Shown here: piece by piece, positions 30,440 through 44,010 of the stretch | Numbering within the stretch: the first letter of the stretch is position 1 | Layout: the number at the start of each line of letters is the position of its first letter | From: Lama guanicoe | Lineage: Eukaryota | Direction of reading: 5' to 3' | Assembly (NCBI GenBank): GCA_013239625.1 | Contig: MU054212.1 | Span: 7,290,270 to 7,354,269, forward strand | DNA length: 64,000 bases | The notes under the pieces: generated by a model | Told to the model about the DNA's origin: nothing | The model's input: only the letters and a program-made list of their open reading frames with translations | Database searches by the model: none | Made by a program: the position numbers and the translations under genes

Positions 30440-33400
30440 GAGCTGAGTGAGAGATGCAGTATCCCTTTTCAACATGGAAAAGCCAGACGGCGTCAGCCGC
30501 AGCGAAATTGAGTAACTCGGTGGTTTATATCGTGGTAATTTATTTTACTTTGGAACAGGTTCTCTTTTCTCTATGGGATCGCTGTTTTCTTGCATTTCTC
30601 GAATCGGGGAGATCGCGTCCCGGCTGAGGGGTCTTAGCAGCATGTCTTTTACGTATTTGGTTGCCATTCGCAGCTTTGAGAAATTTCTATTCACGTGTAC
30701 ACAGGTCATTCCCCACTTTTTTTTTTTAAATCCAAGTGTAGATAGGAAAAGAACATTGTAAATTATTGAATGATAACCAGAAATGGAGAAGTAGAAAGAG
30801 AGTGGTAAAAGTCATCGAAGGTGGTTCTGCATTCTTCTGTAGAGCGAGCATTAAAGCGAGGGTTCCCACCGTTGACTCTTTTGGACCTACCCTTACCATA
30901 GTGATTAAATCATAGTTGGAAAGGGGAATCTGATTTAAGTGTATGATTCCTTGTATTTACTCATCTCACAAAAGACACATTAAAGGAGGTATGCCACTGA
31001 TGAACTCCACTGTCCTGAATTCTCTTTCCTCCCTTTGACTCTTTTCAGAGACTGGCAGGTTCTCTGGATCTGCCGTGGACACAGTACACACGTTGTAGTG
31101 AAATGTCTCTTCTGCCTGCAGTTACAGCGTGGGTCTCATGCCCAGCGATCTGGTTCAAGCCCCTTGACACTGGAGACTGTCAGATCAGTTGGCCAACAGA
31201 GAGCCGTAGGCCCAGAGGATTTCAGAGCTTCATGTGTGGCTTCTAAGAGCAAGCATGAAAAAGATGCCCTAACACTCAAAGCAAACGAATAACTTGCCAC
31301 GTATGCAAACACACATATATGGGTTGATGATGTAAATATTGGTCCATTCTATTCACTCGAATGCAATGACTAGATATTAAAATTTGGGGGAAAATGATCA
31401 TAGCCCTTAATTGATGGCACCAGTGCATTCTGCCTTCCAACTTTGAAGAGCTTGGCCACCTTTTTAAAAGTGTCATTGATGATAAAAAGGACTACAGAAG
31501 GCTGAAGTGTTGGCATTTTTCTGAACAATTTTCCCTCATGAGTCATGATCTATATATATAATTATATTTGACTCTAAAATAGCCCTCATTTTAAAAATTG
31601 TTCTAGGTGTTGCATGTTTTGTTTTGTTTCCCCACCCTCCTCAGGTGAACTCAGTGCATTCTTCATATTTGGGGGAGTGGAATTGCTTTTGAAAAAGGGA
31701 TACTGCATCTTATACCTGTTGTCAGTGTTTATCCAGTAAAGTCTGGGTGTTGAGTATTTGAGCTCCATCCCATACACTTTGGTCATTCTCGTGCCAGAGA
31801 ACAGCCATAATTCAGGAGGCTCTGTTCCCTAAAGCAAGTTCAAAAGCACATGCACGTGGTGGGAAGATGAAAGACAACAAAAACCACGTCCATTTAACTT
31901 CAGATTACAGAGCACAAGGTGTGGAGTACCATTAATCCATTGACTGATTGTTGCTGTTAGAATTCAAAACACATGGTGGGGGAATCCGTCTGTATCCAGG
32001 GTAAGAATGACAGATATTTTCACTTGGGATCATTCTAATCAGTGTTGACTTTTGACATTCCCTTAAAATACGTCTTAAAAATTAGCTGGAATGAGCAGAA
32101 ATTACATTCCTGGGGAAAAAAACAAACGTGATTTTTTTATAGTAACAACCATAGTATGTTTTTTTTTCCTCCCTCCATATTTATTACTGTGATGTTGCCA
32201 AATTCCATTAGATAGAGACTTCATTTTTATTAACAAATTGGTGATAGTAAAAGATGTTCTGTCTTAGCAAGAAGGCAAAGCAAAGAAGACCTGCCTCCGT
32301 GGCGGAGATTCAGTACTTCAGTTGCTGTCATGACCGTTTTTCACATTAAAATTAACAAAATTAATGACTGAGAATATTAGCAATGCACTTAACCAGCCCT
32401 TTCCAAGAATCGCCGCATAAGTTCCAGCGAATCCCTAGTTCACTCTGCGCCAGGCGGTTTGGGTGGCGTCCTCGTCAGTGGCATCTCTGTGGTCTGCTTG
32501 GCTCTGATGTCGTCCTGGTTCAGAAGAGCACGCTCTAGTCTCAGAGAGGGGCACCCCTAAAAGGTAGACACTCGCATGCCAACGCCTTCTTCCCAATTCA
32601 GTCGCCGCCCTTCCAGTGTCAGATACTGTCTACACCAGCAGATTCAACACTACCGCACCAGTAACTGACACGGGGTTGAAACTCCGGTCTGCAGAACCTT
32701 TGCACTCTGCCTGTGAGGTATGATTGAGGCCGGCGTGACACTGAGCTCATTATCAGTCCCATCCCTGTGGAATACTGCCTGCACGTTACTGCCTGGGGAT
32801 AAAGAAAAGTGTCCTCTGTGTTCTTGTTTTCCACGTAATAAGTTTGGAGAATCAGTTGCTGATCGTGCATGGATTCTGTCACCCAGGTCCAAAGAGTGGA
32901 ATTTTTCTCTGCCCTTGCTCTTTTTTTCACCCCAGTTTGTGTTCCTCATGTTTGCATATGGTTTATATTACTGAAAAATTAGTATCTTTGGGCTAAAAAA
33001 AAAATGGAAAGAAAATTTCAGAAATAAAATATGGGTCAGCTATTTGACAAGTGGCCATGTAATACGTATACAAAAGCCAGTGTATTTGAATTATGTGAGC
33101 AGGTTCTTAGTTTCCTGATTTCCACAGATGCCCGCCTGTGTGCTAATGGAGGATGTTAGCTACTACATGGTGGTGGCGGTGTAATGTGCAACTTTTAGTG
33201 TGTGCATTATGCTCATGATTGGACCCTCCGCTGTCCCTGTCAGGAGTAGAACTTGCACATGTTAACGTGTAATTTTTTATTATTATTATCACAAAGGATG
33301 TATTTCCCTAAGTAGCACTTTTGGAGCAGGGGAAGGAAGAAAACTGCTATTCCCTCACCCCTCTCCTGTACGATATGCATATGCCTGAGGTTGTTTAAAG

Positions 33401-35045
33401 ACGTTTAGGTAGTTAATGGGCATGTTAATACAGACGTTCTGATGCAAATTCATTTTCAAAATGAAAATATTTTTCCTTCCCCAAAGCCAGAATAGCAGAC
33501 ACGCTGGTGACCTGAGCACCGTAGTTAGATATACTATTTCCTTGCTAAGGTTTATAGTCTGGAGGAAAAACTTGAAAACAAACCTATGAGGTTGAGCCTG
33601 GTTGCTGTAAAGACTTTGTGGAAGTACGTGTTTCTGGGATGAGCTCTAGAAGGTTTAGTTGGCTTCTCCACCTTGGATATTCTCACTCGTTCAAAGCAAA
33701 CATACACAAACAAGCCGGTGCCTACGGTGCTGCCCAACGCAGCCAAGTGTAAGGATAACACGATGCTGCAGCCCCGTGCCCTTTACCAACACGTTTTCAA
33801 AAGAGGAAGTTACTGTGGCCTCAGTTTCCCAGCTCCTCCCTGGTCTGGTCAAGTCCCAGGTGACAGGAGCTAAAGCCAAGTTTAGGGTGGCCTCCTCCAG
33901 GGTGGAGGCCAGCAGCGCGCTCGCCGCCTGGTAGGAAGGAGCCCACTGAACACGCAGAGCCCGGAGTCACTGTCCGTGTTTCCAGAGAACAATGTGAAGA
34001 GTCCCGGCAAAGGAACTCAGCAGACTGTCAGGGGCCTATATAGCCAAAATGTCACTGAACATAGAAATCTCGTCGTCTTCAGTCCTCATGCTTTGTCACT
34101 GTAAAGCGAACAAAAAGCATTTTTACTATAATTTAAAGGAGCTGCCTTTTTTTATAGCACATACTATTTCGCTTTGTACTCTATTTGATAGTTGCAGGAT
34201 AATTTAGGCAATAGGAAGACTTCGTTGTATTTGTACTGTTCATGAATGTTTCCAAGAAAGTGCTCTACTTGGTTCCATCATCTTCTTGTACTGCTGTATT
34301 TTCCCCCCGGCTTCACGGAAACCTAAACTGATTCGGATTTCCAGTACAGTTTCTTCAGTTTTTTGGTTGTTTTTTTTTTTAAATGTGTGTTTGTGTGTAT
34401 TTTTTTCCCCCTTCGGTCAGTATTCTGAATGTTTACATCTGTTTGACATTAGCCATTTAATGCCTTTTTTTTTTAAAGGCGGTATTCCTCTTACAGTGTA
34501 ACAGCAAAATGTGAAATCAACCCAAACAGAACACGCATGACAAACACAGATTGGGGGCAGAGGCCCTGAACGTACATAGACATTTTCTGTCGGCATAGAG
34601 AAAAGTAAAACCCTCCTTCAGTCCTCTACCAAAGAATCTGTTATTCCCACAGGAAAAACTCAGAAAAGGTGTGTAAAATTCTCAGAAGGGGGAGCAGTTG
34701 ATTCAGTAAGACTGCTACAATTTAATACTGTTACGCTTGCTTTCATACCTGACTCAATGTGACGGAGTGCGACAAGCATTGAAACGACTTTTAGACAGTG
34801 TTTGGTTTAGAATTCAGGGATCATGCATTCTTTAATGGTGCTGTTTGTTTTTTTATTTCTTTTCTACAAAGAAACAAAAGTGTTGCCTACACGAGTGACT
34901 GCTCACAATACCATATAAGTTAAATGAAATGGAATATTTGTTTCTTCATGTTTCTCTGTTTTTCCCTTTCTCTAAGTAACAATTTGGGTTTCAATATTGA
35001 AATATTCTGGGAGAAAATAAAGAAGTTAAACATTAAATTTATTGT
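30440..35045 (+). other. ASXL3: Probable ASXL3 long 3' UTR (end approximate)
   Basis: Follows the stop; ~4.5 kb with no recognisable transposon, U-rich tracts and many miRNA seed matches. AATAAA at 33023-33028 and 35016-35021, ATTAAA at 35032-35037. Confidence 0.65.
35016..35037 (+). terminator. Candidate distal polyadenylation signals (AATAAA, ATTAAA)
   Basis: AATAAA 35016-35021 and ATTAAA 35032-35037 followed by a U-rich tract (ttgtcatttttaattttttt). Confidence 0.45.
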
Positions 35046-35628
35046 CATTTTTAATTTTTTTATGGAATGAGATAGTTAATCTGTATACATAAAATGTACT
35101 AATGAAAACATTGAAATTTTTACTTAAGAAAGAATTTATATGGAAGACAAACCATATACTGTTAAATTTTCTTGGTATGGTGACTCGTCAACATACAATT
35201 CTAACTATTGTATGTTGAAACCTTTGAAATTTACCATATCTACTACGCTTATTTAAAAATATATTTGGACCTTCTTGTTTCCATAAAGATGTTATTAATT
35301 CTTTAGACCAAAAGACATGTAACATGTCAAGCAAATTGTTACTACCGTATTTAATTTTAACTTTCAAAATGAATTACTTTCAAAAATCTTTTATCTTAAA
35401 AGAATTGGTCTGGTTAGTTTTTCTTATCTTGCATTTAAATATGACAGCTAGAGTGATTTGAGTAAAATGTTGTGAACCATTAGAACAAAATGGCCTCAGT
35501 TATATTTATATTGGTTAAGAAAATATACATATCTTTACACTAAGGTGAATCTGAAAGCATTCAATATAATTGGCTGTTAAATCTCAGTTCGGCTGTGTTT
35601 TCATCGACACAGAAAATGCTGTCTTCAA

Positions 35629-35642
35629 CCACCAGATGGCGA
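35629..35642 (+). promoter_or_regulatory. Candidate CTCF site
   Basis: CCACCAGATGGCGA matches core consensus CCASYAGRKGGCRS at 13/14. Confidence 0.55.
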
Positions 35643-37997
35643 AAGAGGATGTTTACGTTTGGAGGTAAAAGAAAAGAACTAAACATGCTTCTTCCTCCTC
35701 AGAAGTTAAACGATTATAATAATGAAAGTACAGCTTATTCAAGTAAGGCAATGGAAGAGAGATACTTCTAAGTGTCATTCAATCATTTTCACTACAATGG
35801 TGGCATTCCTTTTTTGTCCTATTTTCCTATTAAAATATTTATAGAATGCTTTCTTAATTTTATTTAGCATTGTGGAATTATTTTTATTGTCTTCATCGTG
35901 TTACTCCACAGACATCATCTATTCCAAAATTCATTACAGGAAATTGAACAGTCCAGCATTCTTCAAGCTGCTATTTCTTGAAACTGATCTGAATGTTTTA
36001 TATATATTTAATTTATTCATTCTCATAAAATAGGTACAATATTAAATAATTTCCATATAAACATTTTATTATTCTTAATAAATTAATGTGGCCTAATTTG
36101 AGTAACATTTGCTCTTAGGACCTAAATTATTTATTTCTATCCTTTATAGGCATTATCTGAGAACAAGCGATTTACGCGGTGAGTCATCAATTTTCACATA
36201 GATAACTTCATTGTCAACAAACATAAGTACGTTATTTTGAAAGAACCTAGCCAGGAGAGTAGTTGATACCACAGTTCTGGGCTTCTTTCTGCAGAAGATA
36301 ATTGAACATAAATCCTAGAAAGTATTTCTCCATGAAATTATTTGAAGAGTTTAATTATAGGTTGCCTAGACTTAATATTTCAAGTTCAAAGCACAGACAG
36401 TGATACGCAGAAATGAGAAGTTGGAGTCATCCAATGTCACGACTAATCTGGAGTCTCAATTGGGCAATGAACCTAGTCCTTTTCCTTATGGAAATTTCTC
36501 TCCTATTGCCAGTGCAATGAATTACCATAAACTCTCACTAACTGGAGGAAGGTCCCCTGGGTTACAAAGCAGGGGCTGATTTTTTTGCCTTTTTAAAATT
36601 TAAAATAGTTTTATTGTGTTTTTCAGTTTCAAATAATATCCCATTTTGATACCCAACTATAGGTAAAGCTGATATTGAATATATTTAGCAGTCCTGCAAA
36701 GCATAGACCAGATCAAACAGGTGCCAGAGAAGTCAAAAGAGATGGTCCTGTCACAGCAAATCAAAGAAGATTGGCTGATTATCAGTTCTGTGAGCACAGG
36801 AGCTCCCTGAATCTGCTTTTATCAGTAGTTAGGATTTACATTTAGTTTATCCGTTGCATTTATGGGTAAGTTTGTTTCTGAGGTACTTAGTTTTCTTTAG
36901 CTAAAATTTCCAACTATAATCTCTCTCTCTCTCTTTTTTTAAGGAAATCATTTAGAGGTGATTCAAAGGTGAGCTTTTACCCAAACACAACGAAATGTCC
37001 AGGAGTTTCCCCTTTTTGCTTTTTCCAAGTACCTTGTTCAGTGGATGCTCTCCGTAAATAGCAACATGGAGAAAGGGTGGGAGCACCAGCTGCTCCAACA
37101 GGAGGTCCTGGACACTTGAGATCACATGAGATCCATCTCATTTTCTGTGTGCTCACCACAAAGTCTTTATCATAAGCTGGTAAGTGGAAAATAGGTTCCT
37201 TCACCTTTAATCCAAACTTACATCTATAGTTCCAGATTATGGTTTTATTGCAGGCAGACACTGTGTTCCAAATGCTCATTCTCTTGATGACGAGGGAACC
37301 TGGAGGGATTTCATAGGCGTGCAGCACTATGGTCTTATTTTCCTTGATTCATTTGGCTTTCAGTATCCAATGCTGGGATGCTGTCACATCTTCCAGATAC
37401 AGAGCTATAGGAAAGTGAGGTTGGCCTCAGTGACTGTAGGAACCACGAGAGGTTCTCTGGGATGTTCTTTTCCCGTATAGAAGCCGCAACATTTATGCAT
37501 GCCTATATAGAGAAATTTATTTTAAACTGATTTCTTACTGTGCTACAAAATTTATTTGCCAATCAGTTTAAATCTCAAAATGAGGGATTGGAAGGCTCAG
37601 TGTATAAGTGGGGACGGTTCTCCATGATGGCTTCTAAGTGGAAACCAGACGCATTTTTATACCTTTTTATACTTTCACATGTGAGATCAATGTAGATTTT
37701 GTTGTTGTTCAACATTATTTGGGGGGGGGATAATCTTTATATTTCTAGGGGGAAAATAGCTATGGGAAATGAGTTGGCATCTTAAAAAGAAACATTTAGT
37801 AATTCAAAAGCATTTTAAAAACTACATTTAGAGTAAGATTCTGTGGATAATGTGTTATCTCTAATCTTCAAATTTGTAATTTCCTTACTGTCAGAGGACC
37901 AGTTGAGAGCACACTAGACACCTTTTGAGCAAGAGGACAGTATGATTGGTAGCAGATAGTTTATATTTTGTTTCATATTTTTGATATCAGAATGATT

Positions 37998-38345
37998 CTT
38001 TTTTCTTTTTTAATTGAGGTATAATTGACATACAGCATCATATTAGTTTCAAGTGTACAATGAAGTCATTTGATACTTGAATATATTTTGAAATGATCAT
38101 CCCAACAAGTGTAGTTAATATCCATCCTGATACATAGATACAAATATATTTTTTCTTGTGGTGAGGACTTTGAAATATGCAACTCAGTAAGCAACTTTCA
38201 AATATGCGATTCAGTATTACTAACTATGGGCACGAGCTATGCGTTACATTCCCAGGACTGACTTATTTTGTAATGAGAAGTATGTGCCTTTTGTCCCCCT
38301 TCACCCATTTCACCCATCTCCACCCACCACCTCTCACAACCACCA
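37998..38345 (-). mobile_element. Old LINE-1 3' UTR fragment (L1MA-like)
   Basis: ttttaattgaggtataattgacatacagc...agtttcaagtgtacaa...ttttttcttgtggtgaggactttgaaat. Confidence 0.75.
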
Positions 38346-38689
38346 GCTTGGAAAGATTCTTTTGAGTGTGAAAGGGTCTTCTGTAGAATCTTTTTTTTTC
38401 TTTTTTTGTCCAGAAAACTTTACTTGGCAAAAACTGGGAATAATCAAAGATACCACACTCTGCAATTTCAGTTTTCTAGTTGTGACTCTCTGGGTAATAA
38501 ATCAGTCATTTCCAAGTCTTTAACCTTCAGGATCTGAATATAAAGGAGATTTTATAAATTCTCTTCATATAAGTAAACTTTTAGAGATTTAGTTATATAC
38601 TACACCAAATACGGTGTTTTCCCAGAGTTGCTCCCAAAAGGCAGATTGTCTTTATTGAAAAATAGGAATAGATAATACTTGTGAAGTCC

Positions 38690-38820
38690 TGTGTACCAAG
38701 TACTGCAGAACATTTCACAGGTGATAATTATCATGTTTATCCTGAGAAAAACCCTATCAGGGAGGTACTATTATTATATCCATGTAATAAGCGAGGAACC
38801 TGAGGCTTAGAGAGTTTAAA
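38690..38820 (-). mobile_element. MIR SINE
   Basis: aaccctatcagggaggtactattattatatcc...gaggaacctgaggcttagagagttta. Confidence 0.65.
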
Positions 38821-39548
38821 GAAAAGAATATAAAGAACAGAAAAGAGTATGAAAGAAGGTTTTTTAGAGACCAAAGCCCATCCTTTTATTTACTAAAAGA
38901 CACAATGGCTGCTACACATACTGCTAAATACTGGGGACTCTGGGAAAAATCAGAGGGTCCCAAATCTTGAAAAAAATTAATAGGCTAGTGGGAAAGATGA
39001 TCGGTAATTTCATTGTGACAATAGGGTAACCACGTCACCACAAGGTGTGGTGGGGAAAGTAACCAAGTGGGTGAAGCCATTTAAGATTGCAACTGGGTGA
39101 GAATGGAACCTCCAACAGGGCATCTGGGGCCCTCACCTGACACAGTTTCAGGGCAGCCCCACCAGGAGGGAGGGCACATTCTTAACTCTCAGCACCTCCC
39201 TCTCAGCACCGCCATCATTTCCCTTGAATAGGGCTCATCAGTGAAGACACAGTCCTTCCTAATAATGATTTCTGCAAGGTGTATAATCCTTCACACAGGT
39301 CTGAGCCCTGTCCCCAAACCCCTCTTACATGACTTGAGGAATTTGTTTAGATGTTGGTGTTATTGACAGTTGATTTCATAAAAGTTAACCTAGTAAAGCA
39401 ATGTTGTGGTACCCAATGTTGGTGGTACTTTTTAATACATTTTTAAAAAATCAATATAATACATACTCCTATGTTAAAAAATCAGATCGTATTACAGAGA
39501 CTGTAGCAAAAAATAGCAGTGCCCTGATATGCATTGCAATGTGAGCTA

Positions 39549-39638
39549 TTTTTTTTCTTTAATGGAGGTACTGGGGATTGAACCCAGGACCTTGCACATG
39601 CTAAATGTGTGCTCAACCACTGAGCTATACCCACCGCC
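39549..39638 (-). mobile_element. tRNA-Ala-derived SINE (vic-1 type) with target-site duplication
   Basis: Same consensus as 4157; flanked by gagctattttttt (from 39543) and gggctattttttt (from 39641). Confidence 0.88.
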
Positions 39639-41873
39639 AAGGGCTATTTTTTTTTTTTTAAGAAGATGACTGCTTCTGACTATTCATGTTATTCAATGGG
39701 TTTCTGATAAGAAAACAAAGAACAATTATGCATATGCAAGTTGAAGTTTGGATTAAAGTCAGGGAAGTCACAGTGCCTCGTTCCAGTACCCCTGAGAAAT
39801 AAAAGCTTCCTGGTTTGCTGGTGATCACAAGAGGGTAACATTTTGACCATTGGGGAAAATGAAAAAGCCTAGAAGAGGCAGTCAACAGGTAACCCCAGGA
39901 TGCACAGTGCCAGAGGTAAACATCACCAGTATTAAAATCTTTTCCTTTTTGACTGCTTAAGTAAGTCCTACTGCTCCATTCATTCCAGCCTCGGAACTGG
40001 GAACGTACGTGACAAGCTGTCCCCATCCAGAGAAAAATACTCAGTAGCCCCAGTGGCCTCTGCCCCCCTGTCTGTTATGCCACCACCTTAAGAACATGAC
40101 TTTGACTTATTCACATTCCTATTCAGTAGACACCCACCATCTTCCCTACAGGACAAAGCCATTTTTGTCACCTCTTACTTACAAATATTTTTCTTAAACC
40201 CCCTGGCAAGGTAATATTTTAAGCATTTTAATAAGCAATTATTTGAAGGTATGTCAAAGTAATAAATTTATATGTTTAGATTGTCTGATTATAAGGTTAG
40301 ATTGTGCTGTTTCCAACAAGAGGTGCTTTAACTTCCCTTTCTGCTTAGGGAGATAGTGTCATCTCACTGAACGTAAGCAGAGCTTACTCCGGGACCCCTC
40401 AGTACTTGCAGGGGATTTTAACAATGAGGGGCCTTTCAGTGCCTGGATTCATCCAATATTCAATGAGCAAACGTCTTATTGAGCCGCACTGATGCGCTGG
40501 GTGCTGGATTACAGGAGAGAAAAACTTTTCCTGATGACTTGATTCTTCAAGAAATGTGAAGTTACCAAACATTTTTGTGCTTCAGTGTTGTACCAAAAAC
40601 ACTGTCATAAGATGGAAGGAATTTTCTTAGAAAATATCACTCACATGTACGTTTCTAGGAAACATCCTATTTCCCGGGGCAGTGTGGGTGTGGCTTGGAG
40701 GAATAATGAGAGAATCAAAGTTCTGGAGAGAGAACTCTCCTTCAAAATCCTAATCTGATCTTTCGACTACTTGATCTAGGTTCAGAGTCAAAATATTTAG
40801 GCAATACAGTGTGAGAAGCAAAATACTTTCCGGCATCTCCTACTGGAGGGGTTACACTTTCTCCCTTAAAGTAGAAAAGTGAAAAGAAGGAAAAGCTCCT
40901 TTGTGTGGAGAATGATTTGTCACCAGCTTCAGCTCATCGGGAGAAGACGGCACAGGTGGTCTGGTTTGCCTCAGGACTGTGGCTTAATGCCCCGCCCGAG
41001 TCACCAGAGAAGGTAAATCAGCATCTCATTTCATTTTGGGTTCCCTATTGTCATAATAGATAGCATTGTCGATAACATTCTTTAGACTGTAGCAGGAGAA
41101 TGAGATTAGAGATTATTTTTCCTGTGGTTTTCCATTCAAGTGAATTAAGGCAATGCTTAAAAAATACCTTTGCAAGCTTAATGAAATTTGGGATGGCTTG
41201 ACTTAAAACGCTCTCTGGCTGACATGAAGTAAATCATTCCTCTCTTTTAAGTAAGTATCAAACTAGTATATCAGAAAGGAAACCTGGGCTGTGTAGTTGG
41301 TTATTCTTACACATGGTCATTTCTTAAAATATTATCACAGGGGATATTTCTGTGTATAACTTGCCTGGGAGGATGGATATTGAAAATGTACTGCAGCGCA
41401 CACATTTGACCTGTTCTTATGGTTTGCAGTTGGCTCATATAAATATAACCAAGAATGAATGATGATTTTAATAACAGGAAATCTGATTTCCTAACCCCTA
41501 GTTTAGCAAATAGATTTATGCAAATCTGGAGACGTTGGCTCCGGCGTGAGAAGCAGATGTCTCTCTGGATTGTGTACAGTACAGATTCCTACTTTCCTTT
41601 TTGATCACTTCCTACATTACAGTTTGTAGTTAGAGAGCTTCATTCATTTATAGCGAGCCTGGTGAATGTAACTGGACTGAAGCCTGTTGAAGAACAGGCG
41701 GTGGTATCTCATCTATATTGGCATCTCTAGCAGGTTCCATCGTGCCCAAGAGTGGGTGGCTAGTCCGTTCATGGGCACAGCAGTATTTATGTTGTTGGCT
41801 TTTTCTGTGCCAGGCTCTGTCATGACTAGTATGAGTACCAGAATGAACCAACAGCCCAAAATCCCTGAGTTTT

Positions 41874-41899
41874 GTGTGTGTGTGTGTGTGTGTGTGTGT
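41874..41899. repeat. (TG)n microsatellite
   Basis: Perfect TG run. Confidence 0.95.
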
Positions 41900-42069
41900 A
41901 TACGTGTGTATAAGGAGACAGGTAGCAAAGAGATAAATATATAATATATACAGTATGTTTGAAAATAAAGTGTTGTGAAGTAAAACACAGCCTAGTAAGG
42001 GCATAGGGAGGGTCATGGTATGAGGTTGTAAATGTATACAGGTTCGCAGGGACGGCCTCACTGAGACAG

Positions 42070-42460
42070 AGCTATGGACTGAAGTGTGTCCCCCCAAAAT
42101 CATATGTTGAAGCCCTAACCCCAAATGTGTCTGTATTTGGAGATAAGCCCTATAAAGTGGTAATTAAGGTTTAATGAGGTCCTAAAAGTGGGGCCTGATA
42201 CATAGGACTAGTGTTCTTATAAGGAAAGAGGAGAGTGCTCGCTCCCTTCCCCCACCTCCTCCCGCCCCAGCACCTGGTCCTGTGAGGACACAGCCAGAAG
42301 GAGACATCCTCAGGACAGGAGGAGAGGTCTCCCCAGAAACCGAATAAGCCAACAACTTGATCTTGGACTTTCCAGCCTCCCAACCTGTAAAAATATAAAT
42401 GTTTGTTGTTTGAACCATTCAGTCCATGGTGCACTGTTGTGGTTTCCTGAGCTGACTAGT
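42070..42460 (+). mobile_element. ERVL-MaLR MLT1A/B-type solo LTR, inserted in an L2
   Basis: ctatggactgaagtgtgtccccccaaaatcatatgttgaagccctaaccccc...cttgatcttggactttccagcctcc...taaatgtttgttgttt. Confidence 0.85.
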
Positions 42461-43891
42461 CTAGAAGGCCACATTTGGGTAGAGAACTGAAGAAGGCAGG
42501 TGGGTGCAGGAGTGGATTATGGAGAGCCTCAGGGTACAGCAAAGGCAGATGTAGAGCCCTGGGTCTCCCTCGGCTGTGGTAGATAATTTACATAAAAGTA
42601 TCCTAATTCCCAGAATAACCCTCAAAAGAAAGGAGGCTCTCGCACAAGGCACAATAATGAAATTCTAGGCCTTCTATTTACCAAGGCTCTTGTACGACTG
42701 ATGGGATCAGCTACTTCCAAAGGCTCAATTTGAAAAGAAAGTGTAACTTTTGCAGTAAATAATTAAAGTCAATTCTTTTTCCTTTGCCCGAGTTGCTAGA
42801 CTTCTAATAAGACATTGGATTGTTTATTCACCAAGCAAGATATTAAAAGCCTATCATACATCATCTAGTGCCTTGCTAGGTCTCGAGCCACCTCTGAGAG
42901 CTAAGAAGGTGGTATGAGTTGCATTTTCAGGTCAGGAAAGTAGGAGTCAAACATATTAAGTCACCTGGAAAGGACCCTCTGTCTCCAAAGGCCATGCCCT
43001 TTGTAAACTGCGCAGTTCTGGGTGCAGGTCAGAGTTAGCTCCTCTGTCACAGCCCCCTTCTGGTTGAAAGTAGCTGCAAATTTTGAAGAAACTGTTAGCA
43101 GGGATATGCTTTTGTCTGATGGAGCATTTTATTACCCTTTCAATTGAAAACCTGAACAATACATACCGCTTTCTAACCGGTAATTGACAATTGCACCATC
43201 TAAAATGCAGAAGCTTACAAAGAACAAATAAATCAGTTTTTTGGGTTTTTCTTTGCCTCTCAGTCAACTCTGTGATGTGTAACAGCATCGGCTCTGAAGT
43301 ATTCCCTTGCCATCTGTAAAGAGCATGAGGAAGAGACAAACCAGTAGCCACACAGTAACTCATTACCGAACCAGGAAGAAACTTCATCTGCCTACCTGTA
43401 TGTGCCCCTTTCTGCATTCTAGGCTGACGGCGTCCTAGAGATTAACACAGATCACAGTACTGGAAAGGCTTGTTTGAATTCAGATTTTGATGTTGACAAA
43501 CAATGTAACCTGGGTTAATTGACTTAACCCATCTGAACCTCTGAGCTTATCCGTAAAGATGGAATTAGGGTTACCTGGCAACACTGTTTTGAGGGATAAC
43601 AGTACATGTAAACTGCTTAGCATAATTGTTGCACGTTATACCCACGATACATGACCTCTGGTATTGGAAGAGATATATGCTTGCCCTCAGCGTCTCCAAA
43701 GCCTGCATTTTAGTTGGAAATGGACTCTTGAAAAAATAATAGTGATACTCCATCAACATCACTCTAACCTTAGAACTTATCATTTCCATTTAATATAGGA
43801 AGAAACAGAAACATGTGAAATTTTCCAAGGTTGTACATTTCCTATTAACAATACGATTGAGGTCCTCTGATTATAGTTTTTGTCAGAGTAT

Positions 43892-44010
43892 GAGTGGTTC
43901 TGAAACTTCAGTGTGCATTTCAATAGCTCAGGTAGCTGGTTAAAAAATGCAGAAGTCCGGGCCTCAGCCCTGCAGTTCTGATTTAGAACCAATCCAAGTA
44001 ATTCTGATCA
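43892..44010. mobile_element. MER5A fragment
   Basis: agtggttctgaaacttcagtgtgcat...ttaaaaaatgcagaagtccgggcctcagccc. Confidence 0.6.

Larger units (their letters stand above)
41770..42580 (-). mobile_element. LINE-2 3' remnant interrupted by (TG)n and the MLT1 LTR
   Basis: tgtgccaggctctg...aaatccctg...cagggacggcctcactgag | gaaggccacatttgggtagagaactgaagaagg. Confidence 0.6.
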
